The notes: generated from the sequence alone by a model not told the origin. 17,006 nt of DNA from a virus (IMGVR_UViG_3300028591_008384), one strand, 5' to 3'. Positions 7,766-14,801 are shown, counted from the stretch's first letter. Program-made: numbers and translations.

Positions 7766-7860
7766 GTCTGAAGTTTATAGGCTTGAAGGATCGCCCTGGC
7801 CAGTCTGGCACCAATCAGGACCAGATTGAGGATATGTGCAACTTTCTTAATTCTACTCAT
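7693..7860 (-). CDS. Small leaderless ORF, 55 aa, amphipathic N-terminus
   Basis: ATG 7860 coincides with the predicted +1 of the 7867-7895 promoter. Begins MSRIKKVAHILNLVLIGARLARAIL. Confidence 0.55.
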   Translation of the reverse strand: MSRIKKVAHILNLVLIGARLARAILQAYKLQTCRDRPSIRHFRVPRQKKGTGSPR

Positions 7861-7866
7861 GCACAT

Positions 7867-7895
7867 AATGTAGCATTTTGGCTTAGGTATGGCAA
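7867..7895 (-). promoter_or_regulatory. Promoter TTGCCA-17-TACATT with TGn extension, leaderless
   Basis: TTGCCA at 7895-7890 (inside the last codons of the aroE-like gene), TACATT at 7872-7867, then 6 nt, then ATG. Confidence 0.8.
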
Positions 7896-8653
7896 CTTTC
7901 ACTTCTGATAGCCTTTCCCAGACGTTTGAGCTGTTCCGCCCGGTCGGATGGGCACCAGCGGTCGATGACCTTCGCGCACAGGCCCATCTTGAACCTGGTA
8001 TCCACCGGCAGGTCAATCAGCAACTGTCCGGGTTTCGGCTCAAATCCGGGGATAAGACCACACATCGGGATTGGGGTGGCGTTCACGATGATATCCATCG
8101 GTTCGAATGCGACCGCCTCGTAGGTAGTGCCCTCGACAGCGCATGTGACCTTTCCTACCTGTTCAGCGATGGAGTCAATGGCAAGCTCGATATCGACTGC
8201 GGTATCGGACTCGCCACGGCTTACCAGGTTCAGGTAGATGCACACTGGGTAGAGGGCCATTGCGGCAGCCTTCGCCATGCGCCCGGTGCCGAGGACGGCA
8301 GCCATCACGTCAGACTTCCCGAACAGGAACGGCATAATGGTATCGACCAGCATATCGTAGGCCGAATCGTTACCGCACACTACCCCAATCTCCTTGTTCC
8401 AGAAGATCGTGTCGGCAAATCCGGTAGGCGTCTTGGTGAAGCCTTGCCACCCTGCAGCATCCGCAGCCAATTTGGGTTCCGGCAGGTACAGCCCGCCCAC
8501 GTACCTATGTTCAACCAGGGACAAGAAATCCCATATATGCTTATGGTCAGTCAGTCCAACGGGATGAACATGGTCATAGGACAACTGCTTGAAGAAGGTG
8601 GTATCGGGGCCATCTTCGGACAGGTTGAGGGTCATGTACAGCGGTTCCCGCAT
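7883..8653 (-). CDS. Divergent shikimate dehydrogenase-like (AroE family) oxidoreductase
   Basis: Rossmann AAVLGTGRMAKAAAMAL, DIIVNATPIPM, LYLPEPK (cf. NVTxPxK), FADTI...CGNDS (cf. AVNT...GYNTD). SD GGAG. Confidence 0.7.
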   Translation of the reverse strand: MREPLYMTLNLSEDGPDTTFFKQLSYDHVHPVGLTDHKHIWDFLSLVEHRYVGGLYLPEPKLAADAAGWQGFTKTPTGFADTIFWNKEIGVVCGNDSAYDMLVDTIMPFLFGKSDVMAAVLGTGRMAKAAAMALYPVCIYLNLVSRGESDTAVDIELAIDSIAEQVGKVTCAVEGTTYEAVAFEPMDIIVNATPIPMCGLIPGFEPKPGQLLIDLPVDTRFKMGLCAKVIDRWCPSDRAEQLKRLGKAIRSESCHT

Positions 8654-8661
8654 GGTTTCTC

Positions 8662-9408
8662 CTACGGGTGCGGAATACGGATGATTTCACGCTTGAACTG
8701 GTTACGACCAGCCATCTCGGTGATTTTCTTGGCAACTTCCGGTTCAAGAGGCTTGTTGGCGAGGTAGTCCTCAATCTGGGCATAGGTGATGCCGAGGGAT
8801 TCCTCGTCAGTCTTTCCGGTGAGGCCGTCGCTAGGAGCCTTGAAAACGAGACGGTCGGGAAGGCCCATGAACTTGCCGAGTTCGCACACTTCGCGCTTGG
8901 TGAGAATTGCGAGCGGAGCAAAGTCTCCCGCCAGGTCTCCCCAGAGGGTGCAGTAGCCGACAATGGATTCACAACGGTTGCCAGTGCAGCAAACACGCCC
9001 GTTGTTCGGCTGTCCATTTTCATCCACGGACTGGGCGACCGCATAGAGAGTAGCCATACGCAGACGGGGACGGAGGTTCAGCTTGGCCTGTTCCGAGTTG
9101 GCGAATCCCGGAATAATCTTGGCCATGTGTGCATTGGTTTCGCCGATGTCAATCTCGTAGGTACGGGTGATACCGGCAGCAGCCGCGGCATCGTATGCAT
9201 CCTGGATATCAGGCTGGTAGCCGCAAGGCATGAACACACCAATCACGTTTTCGGGGCCGAGGGCTTCCGTCAAGAACCTGGCAGCCACGGTGGAATCAGC
9301 ACCGCCGGAGATGCCCAGGATGGCGGTCTTGCCACCCGTCGTCTTGAAATAGTCCCTGATCCACCCAACGATATGGTCGTGAACCTTAATCAATTCTTCT
9401 TCTTGCAT
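8662..9408 (-). CDS. nadE: NH3-dependent NAD+ synthetase
   Basis: LGISGGADSTV PP-loop, NLRPRLRMATLYAVA, TGNRCE.VGY.TLWGD, PLAILTKREV and KAPSDGL.GKTDEESLGITY. No glutaminase domain. Confidence 0.93.
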   Translation of the reverse strand: MQEEELIKVHDHIVGWIRDYFKTTGGKTAILGISGGADSTVAARFLTEALGPENVIGVFMPCGYQPDIQDAYDAAAAAGITRTYEIDIGETNAHMAKIIPGFANSEQAKLNLRPRLRMATLYAVAQSVDENGQPNNGRVCCTGNRCESIVGYCTLWGDLAGDFAPLAILTKREVCELGKFMGLPDRLVFKAPSDGLTGKTDEESLGITYAQIEDYLANKPLEPEVAKKITEMAGRNQFKREIIRIPHP

Positions 9409-9433
9409 ATTAACCTCTTGAAGGGTTTTTCAA

Positions 9434-9442
9434 AATATAGTA
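9434..9442 (-). promoter_or_regulatory. Probable -10 element TACTATATT for the nadE operon
   Basis: One mismatch from the TGCTATATT motif. Predicts a 19-nt leader containing SD AAGAGGT. Confidence 0.5.
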
Positions 9443-9488
9443 AAAAATACTAGTTTCTACCTGTAAAAATCAAACAAAGGACCAAATT

Positions 9489-9857
9489 ATGGTAACATTG
9501 GACGAATTGAAGCAAATTTCCGACATGACCCCGCTTGAACGCAGCTTCTACGTGAAGCTCGAAGAGGCCAAGAAGGTCGCACTTACGACCAACCAGCGCA
9601 GCATCGAACTCAATGTCATGAAGCGCAGCTTCTTTACCGACCAGCTCGCCCACTTCGTGAAGGGGCCAATCAATCCCGATGAACTGTACCAGAGCCAGAT
9701 CGACCTGGTGAACAAGTTCAAGGATGCCGGGTTCACCATGACCGAGGAAGAACCGTCCCCGGTAATCATCGCATCGGTGAACGAAGACCCAAAAGACTCG
9801 GCACAGCGCGAGTTCGAACAAAAATATCTTGAAAAGAAAGTCATCGCAGCATGGTAA
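9489..9857 (+). CDS. Hypothetical protein, 122 aa
   Basis: SD AAAGGA, typical codon bias, followed by a terminator hairpin. Confidence 0.8.
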   Translation: MVTLDELKQISDMTPLERSFYVKLEEAKKVALTTNQRSIELNVMKRSFFTDQLAHFVKGPINPDELYQSQIDLVNKFKDAGFTMTEEEPSPVIIASVNEDPKDSAQREFEQKYLEKKVIAAW

Positions 9858-9863
9858 GCAAAT

Positions 9864-9887
9864 GAGGCCGGTTCAACCGGCCTCTTT
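9864..9887 (+). terminator. Terminator hairpin between convergent genes, possibly bidirectional
   Basis: GAGGCCGGT (9864-9872) / ACCGGCCTC (9876-9884) perfect 9-bp stem followed by TTT. Confidence 0.75.
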
Positions 9888-9889
9888 CG

Positions 9890-11551
9890 CTAATCCTCAT
9901 CGCCATCGACACAGAAGTTCTTCCGGGCAACTTCCCTGGATTGCTTCAACGTCTCGATACCGACCTTGAACTCGTCGTAGTTGTAGGTCTCCTTGGCATC
10001 ATGCTTGACCTTCATCATGACCGTGAGGTTCTTGATGTCGGCAACGGACGCGCTCAATTCAACCAGTTCGGCTCCAACCTGTTCCAGCACATCATCGGCA
10101 ATAGAATAGCCGTTCTTCTTGCCATAGCGGCGGAGCAGTTCCTTGGTCATCCCGATATCCGGGGTGTTGATAGGCACCACTTCGTCAATGCGTTCCGGAC
10201 GGCCCATGATGGTGCTGTTCACGTTCTTCGGGTTGTTCACCGTGGAGAACAGGATAATAGGCACATCGGACTTGTTGAGGGCCGCGAAGAATTCCAGGAA
10301 CTCGCCCACATTGTCGCTACCCTTGCGCTTGATGTCAAGCTGGTCAAGGTCATCGAACAGGATGGCACACTTGGATGTCATCTTTGTAGTGAGGAGCACC
10401 TTTCCGAGCATTACGCCCATCATGCGGCGATCGAGGGAGCAACGGACGAGAGTGTAGCCGTCATTGCACAGTTCAGTCATCAGGTGCTCACACATGCCGG
10501 TCTTACCGGTACCCGGAGGACCGACAAGCGCATAGGAACGCTTCATGTTCAGGCTGGACACGCGCTTACATTCGGCACGGAGCCTGGTCATTTCGGCAGA
10601 CTGGACCCAGCAATCATTGCTGTCGCCGGTGAAGAAACTGTCGTTGTTGGCAACCATAATCTTGCTCTGGTCCACATAGAAGTGGTACCTATGGTAGTCA
10701 AGACGACGATAGATTGCCATGATGGCATGCTCGATTGTGCGGTATTCCGATTCGGCATAGCCCTTCAAGTATGCGGCATGCTCAATAAGCGTCTTGGAGA
10801 TGAACGAGGCACCGGTAGAAGCCTGGGCGGATTCCATCGACATGCGTTCGGCGATGGGAATGTCGCTGTCGCGCTCGTTATCCATGGAAATAGCGTAATA
10901 GACATCCTCAACCAGTTCGCCATGCCTGTCATAGCACTTGCAGTGGAGAAGCGTGGTGATATTGTCCTTCGTGATGATGGTGCCGTCACTGTTCATAATC
11001 GGATCTTCGCCAATGAACCCGACACGCTCGATGGTCACCTTGGACACGAAGTCGTCATCGGACGGCTGGTAGGTAATCGCATCGTGGTCCTTCACCTTGG
11101 AGAGGAGGTAGATAAGGATGTCGGAAAGCGGCAGTACACCGGAAGCCGTCGTGGAATAGTTGTCGCACAGCGGGATGTCCACCTTGAAGCGGTTGGCAAT
11201 TTCCTTCCAGAACATGATGTCGCCACGGTTCTCGACGGAAGTGCTCGGGATGATGTTCATGTAGATGTCATCGAGCACAGAGTAGAGGGCGATGGCGTTA
11301 CGGGCAGAGGAGACTGCCTGCACCCCGAAGGAGTCCTTCGGCTTGTTTTCCCAGAGGGTAAGGAGCAATTCCGTACCGGTAGTGGCCAACGGAAGCAGCT
11401 TCTTCGCATTGATATGCGTTATCTGGTTAAAGAGTTTCTTGTAGTCTATCCCGTCAGGGGTGATGAAATCCGTCGAAATCCTAGGAATGTCCTTGGAAAT
11501 CGAGGTCAGGATGTCCCAAAATTTTCCGCGTGGAGATGCGTCGTTTGACAT
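9890..11551 (-). CDS. AAA+ ATPase (classic AAA clade) with a long unrecognised N-terminal region
   Basis: Walker A GPPGTGKT, Walker B AILFDDLD, sensor STVNNP and second region of homology IMGRPERIDEV, all in the last ~220 aa. Confidence 0.85.
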   Translation of the reverse strand: MSNDASPRGKFWDILTSISKDIPRISTDFITPDGIDYKKLFNQITHINAKKLLPLATTGTELLLTLWENKPKDSFGVQAVSSARNAIALYSVLDDIYMNIIPSTSVENRGDIMFWKEIANRFKVDIPLCDNYSTTASGVLPLSDILIYLLSKVKDHDAITYQPSDDDFVSKVTIERVGFIGEDPIMNSDGTIITKDNITTLLHCKCYDRHGELVEDVYYAISMDNERDSDIPIAERMSMESAQASTGASFISKTLIEHAAYLKGYAESEYRTIEHAIMAIYRRLDYHRYHFYVDQSKIMVANNDSFFTGDSNDCWVQSAEMTRLRAECKRVSSLNMKRSYALVGPPGTGKTGMCEHLMTELCNDGYTLVRCSLDRRMMGVMLGKVLLTTKMTSKCAILFDDLDQLDIKRKGSDNVGEFLEFFAALNKSDVPIILFSTVNNPKNVNSTIMGRPERIDEVVPINTPDIGMTKELLRRYGKKNGYSIADDVLEQVGAELVELSASVADIKNLTVMMKVKHDAKETYNYDEFKVGIETLKQSREVARKNFCVDGDED

Positions 11552-11575
11552 TTGTATTCCGTTCTTGTTGGTTGA

Positions 11576-11770
11576 TTAAGAGTTTTCGAGTTCCTTTCCC
11601 GGATTGCACTGCAAAACGGGCTCCCGTAGAGGTACCCTCAGGCTGAGGGGAATATCACGGTCATCGTTTTCGGGGAACTTGGGGGGTTTGAATCGGGAGG
11701 CCATGCGGGGCAGTTCGTATCCGGCAATGAGGCCATACATGATAAGTTGAATGCACTTTGAAACAGTCAT
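11576..11770 (-). CDS. Small leaderless ORF, 64 aa
   Basis: ATG 11770 is the predicted +1 of the TGCTATATT promoter. Ends 24 nt before the AAA gene. Confidence 0.6.
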   Translation of the reverse strand: MTVSKCIQLIMYGLIAGYELPRMASRFKPPKFPENDDRDIPLSLRVPLREPVLQCNPGKELENS

Positions 11771-11776
11771 ATCCGA

Positions 11777-11809
11777 AATATAGCAAAAATCTTACAAGTT
11801 GCGTGGCAA
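11777..11809 (-). promoter_or_regulatory. Extended -10 promoter TGCTATATT, leaderless, with TTGCCA displaced to 21 bp
   Basis: TATATT at 11782-11777 and TTGCCA at 11809-11804. The spacer closely resembles that of the 16075-16103 promoter plus 4 nt. Confidence 0.65.
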
Positions 11810-11849
11810 TTTGACAAAAATATCGTATTTTTTGAAATAGTTTTGCATT

Positions 11850-12125
11850 ATGATAGTAAGGATTCAAAACGACCCCTATGTAAACGTAATCGAGCTCGCC
11901 TGGATATTCATCAAGCGCGAGTTCTTCACGACCATGGAGTTCCTGCAATTCTATGACCAGGAGGACCGGTCGTGGAACAGCAGGGCAGTATGGTGGTACA
12001 TCATCGCGCTTGCTATTATGTCGGTGTTCCTGTGCGGGTTTACCCACTTCATCCCGGCAATCCTGTTCTCGGCAATAGTTACCGGAACATTCACCCGCTT
12101 CCTGCAGGTATCAAAATGGAGATAA
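11850..12125 (+). CDS. Small membrane protein with about 2 transmembrane helices
   Basis: Hydrophobic stretch AVWWYIIALAIMSVFLCGFTHFIPAILFSAIVTGTF. Confidence 0.65.
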   Translation: MIVRIQNDPYVNVIELAWIFIKREFFTTMEFLQFYDQEDRSWNSRAVWWYIIALAIMSVFLCGFTHFIPAILFSAIVTGTFTRFLQVSKWR

Positions 12126-12406
12126 GGGACCCGGAAAAACTGGTGGAGTACATTACCACCATGCACCAAAATCCAAACGTCCTGGTACGAATCCAGGACG
12201 ATGGCACTATCGACTTGATGTTCAGTGAGATAAAGCGTTTGGAACCTGCAATAGAGAGCGTGAAATGTCCCTATTGTGACATCCCAATCCGGGAACATCA
12301 GCCACAGTTGGAAGATAATATCCGCGGCATGTATCTACGCTGTCCCGAATGCAACCAGAGGTTCTTCATCCACATGTTCGTTCAATTCGGCGGAACACCT
12401 GTCTAA
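12116..12406 (+). CDS. Zinc-ribbon protein, 96 aa
   Basis: CPYC...CPEC pair. Start set at ATG 12116 behind CAGGT, overlapping the previous stop by 10 nt. Confidence 0.7.
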   Translation: MEIRDPEKLVEYITTMHQNPNVLVRIQDDGTIDLMFSEIKRLEPAIESVKCPYCDIPIREHQPQLEDNIRGMYLRCPECNQRFFIHMFVQFGGTPV

Positions 12407-13134
12407 AGATAACTCCGTAAAGTTCCATTTACAAACTGCCGGCACTTGCACCAGAACTGGTAGAGCTCTCGGTCAACCTGGGGTATGTCCTTCTTCTCGC
12501 ACTTGTTCAACGCTTCTTCGCGGTACATCATCGTGACCACGGCGAGACGAGTGTATTTCAGGAACTTCTTGAACCGCTTCACACCCTTCTCGTAGCGGTT
12601 GGGAATTCTTGCCTTGCGAACCACGTCGCGGTGTCGGCACCCCTTGTTCGAACAGAACAACTGGTAATATCCCCAATCGGCAAGATCCATGAGCTGCGTG
12701 GACCGGATGCAGACCCTGGTTTCCAGCGGGGAACCCCAGGAAGGAAGATATACATTGGTACCGATTGACAGGCGCCAAAGGCAGGTGAGGTAATACAACG
12801 GACGACCGGCTGCCCGGACATACTCAGCAATCTTGTATTTCTTGTGGCCGGTCCTGAAATACACCGTATATATCTCGGCAACGGCAGCCACCCTGTATTC
12901 CCGCAAATTCGTAACACGGTCGATACAGATATTCTCCTCGTCAATATTGATGCCGATTGACGCGAGAAGCCTCTCTTCCGAACTGAATGCCGGCATGTGG
13001 TAGCAATCGGGTGTCTTTCGCCAACCCCAGTCCTTCGTGAGTTCCGGCATGTTGATTACGACCCGCTTATCTCCCCCGTCATTGACGAAAGAGATAAGTT
13101 TCGCGCTGTGGTCCCAGAGTTCTCTCGTTTCCAT
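12403..13134 (-). CDS. Hypothetical protein, 243 aa
   Basis: TAATG coupling to the upstream glycosyltransferase. No family recognised. Confidence 0.75.
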   Translation of the reverse strand: METRELWDHSAKLISFVNDGGDKRVVINMPELTKDWGWRKTPDCYHMPAFSSEERLLASIGINIDEENICIDRVTNLREYRVAAVAEIYTVYFRTGHKKYKIAEYVRAAGRPLYYLTCLWRLSIGTNVYLPSWGSPLETRVCIRSTQLMDLADWGYYQLFCSNKGCRHRDVVRKARIPNRYEKGVKRFKKFLKYTRLAVVTMMYREEALNKCEKKDIPQVDRELYQFWCKCRQFVNGTLRSYL

Positions 13135-13886
13135 TATCGCCTCATGAAGTTATAGACAGCATTGTCCCCGAGCTTCTTCCACATGTCGTTCTTGAGGATG
13201 TTGTCTATGGTTTCCGGGAGGTACTTCAACGGACATTCGGTAATACAGCCGTCAAGGTAGTTCCTGGCACTCTGCTCGGAAACGACGCATGCCCCGTTGA
13301 TTACCGGGTAGAACATGCGAACCTGTTCCTGACGGTTGTTGTTATCGTATGCGTGGATGTTCAGGATAATCTTGGAGCGACCGATCCATTTGGCCAAGTT
13401 TTCACCGGAAATGCCCATGGTGATTGTCGTTGCCCACTTGTTGCATCCGGCATTGGCAATCTGAGTAAGCAGCTTGGACCTACGCTCGGTCAGGTAGCCA
13501 TAGAACAGGACATCAACATCCTTTTCCATGTTCGGAACGTCGCGCAGGGTGCTTGCGTAGCGCATCGGGTGGAATGACGCCTGGATACCCTTCTTGGCAA
13601 GCCACTCGATGTTGTCCAGGTCATAGTCCCAGATTTCATCGGCGCCTTCAAGCCAATCGAACACATGCTTGTTGGCATACTTGCACCCGTTGTACATCTG
13701 TTCCAACTGGTACACGACGAGCTTCTTGTTGGGATACTTCTTGCGCATCCCATCCAGGGTGCACCGGGTGTCCACATGGCCGAGGATGAACACGGTATCG
13801 GCAAACTCGGGCTTGCCACCGCACTGTTCCTTCAACATGCGGGCCACTTCGGTAAAAACAAATCTGTTAGTTGCTTCAATAATCAT
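13134..13886 (-). CDS. GT-B fold glycosyltransferase, CgeB/Glyco_trans_1_2-like
   Basis: DVDVLFYGYLTERR...RSKIILNIH...EQVRMFYPVINGACVVSE pattern. ATGA coupling to the IF3 stop. Confidence 0.75.
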   Translation of the reverse strand: MIIEATNRFVFTEVARMLKEQCGGKPEFADTVFILGHVDTRCTLDGMRKKYPNKKLVVYQLEQMYNGCKYANKHVFDWLEGADEIWDYDLDNIEWLAKKGIQASFHPMRYASTLRDVPNMEKDVDVLFYGYLTERRSKLLTQIANAGCNKWATTITMGISGENLAKWIGRSKIILNIHAYDNNNRQEQVRMFYPVINGACVVSEQSARNYLDGCITECPLKYLPETIDNILKNDMWKKLGDNAVYNFMRR

Positions 13887-14563
13887 TTCTTAGGCATGCA
13901 GGAGATTGTGAAACTGTTTCCGGCGCGACTAATCTTCGCGATAGCGCCATGCTTCAATACGTTACCCATTTCTTCCTTGGTACGCTCGATGACATCATCG
14001 CAATGGGACACCTTGCGACCGGGGAAACGGATGCAGAAGTTGACCGGATGGCCCTGCTCCATGAACTCGTCACCCTGGTTCAGGATGCGTTCACGGTCGG
14101 CATCGCCACCGTTGCACGGGAAACGGAGTTCCTTGATTTCGGTAGCCTTGGCTGCCGCACGGTTCTTCTTTTCCATTTCGCGCTTCTTTTTCTTCTGCTC
14201 ATATTCGTACTTGCCGCGGTCGCCAAGTCTGGCCACCTGCGGATCCTGGTTGGGAGCCACGACAATGATGTCAAGACCACGGTCATCGGCAATCTTGCGG
14301 GCTTCCTCACTGGAAATGACACCGAACTGCTCGCCGTTCTCGCCCATCAGTCGCACGGTAGCCGTGGTGATTCCATCCTTCGGCGGGTTGCCTAGGCGGT
14401 ACACCGGCGGGTTCGCTGCCGGGTTGACGCAGACCAGGGGCAGGTCGCGGTCATTCGCGATTGCCTTGGCCTTGCCGGGGCTCATGACCCCCATAGGCTT
14501 GCCGTCCTCGCCAATCAGCATGACGGAAGAAGCAGCGATGTAGAAATTGTTCTTGAATCCCAT
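13883..14563 (-). CDS. infC: Translation initiation factor IF3 homolog with a duplicated N-terminal domain
   Basis: TVRLMGENGEQFGVISSEEARKIADDRGLDIIVVAPNQDPQVARLGDRGKYEY (IF3N), Lys-rich linker, IKELRF...FMEQG...IRFPGRK...MPKK (IF3C). An extra IF3N copy occupies aa 9-58. Confidence 0.92.
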   Translation of the reverse strand: MGFKNNFYIAASSVMLIGEDGKPMGVMSPGKAKAIANDRDLPLVCVNPAANPPVYRLGNPPKDGITTATVRLMGENGEQFGVISSEEARKIADDRGLDIIVVAPNQDPQVARLGDRGKYEYEQKKKKREMEKKNRAAAKATEIKELRFPCNGGDADRERILNQGDEFMEQGHPVNFCIRFPGRKVSHCDDVIERTKEEMGNVLKHGAIAKISRAGNSFTISCMPKK

Positions 14564-14564
14564 A

Positions 14565-14705
14565 TTATTTCTTTACCTCGTAGAGTTTGAAATCCGGTTT
14601 TGATGAAATCCTGTCATAGCAGGAATTAAATAAAATCTTTTCCCACCGTTGGGCAATTTCCTTGTCCGACGGGCGGGTGAATGTTAAGAGTTTCTGATAT
14701 TCCAT
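14565..14705 (-). CDS. Leaderless 46-aa ORF directly upstream of infC
   Basis: ATG 14705 is the predicted +1 of the promoter. The stop TAA lies 1 nt before the infC ATG. The ORF-track start at 14801 would cross a terminator and a promoter. Confidence 0.65.
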   Translation of the reverse strand: MEYQKLLTFTRPSDKEIAQRWEKILFNSCYDRISSKPDFKLYEVKK

Positions 14706-14711
14706 GTCGGA

Positions 14712-14740
14712 AATGTAGCATTTTGTATTACAGCTGGCAA
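14712..14740 (-). promoter_or_regulatory. Promoter TTGCCA-17-TACATT with TGn extension, leaderless
   Basis: TTGCCA GCTGTAATACAAAATGC TACATT TCCGAC ATG. Confidence 0.85.
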
Positions 14741-14741
14741 C

Positions 14742-14773
14742 AAAAACTACCGGGACCGAAGTCCCGGCAGTTT
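14742..14773 (-). terminator. Rho-independent terminator with a cUUCGg loop
   Basis: Minus strand ACTGCCGGGAC-TTCG-GTCCCGGTAGT-TTTT (one G.U pair), 28 nt after the ParB-like stop. Confidence 0.9.
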
Positions 14774-14801
14774 CTATGGCAACCAAATGTTTAACTGACA
14801 A

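Noticed and set aside
7463-7771. 102-aa plus-strand ORF
   Set aside because: Codon bias favours the minus-strand ORF 7466..7765, and there is no SD or convincing promoter.
8662-9408. QueC or other PP-loop base-modification enzyme
   Set aside because: NadE-specific motifs (RxRM, TGNxxE, GD, PS.GL, TDE) are present and the QueC Zn-binding cysteines are absent.
11661-12047. 128-aa minus-strand ORF
   Set aside because: It spans an AT-rich divergent promoter region and overlaps better-supported genes on both sides.
14777-14787. Extra TTGCCA (with TTTGG flank as at 5-15) as a promoter
   Set aside because: The position 17 bp downstream falls in the terminator stem (TCGGTC), so there is no -10 element.
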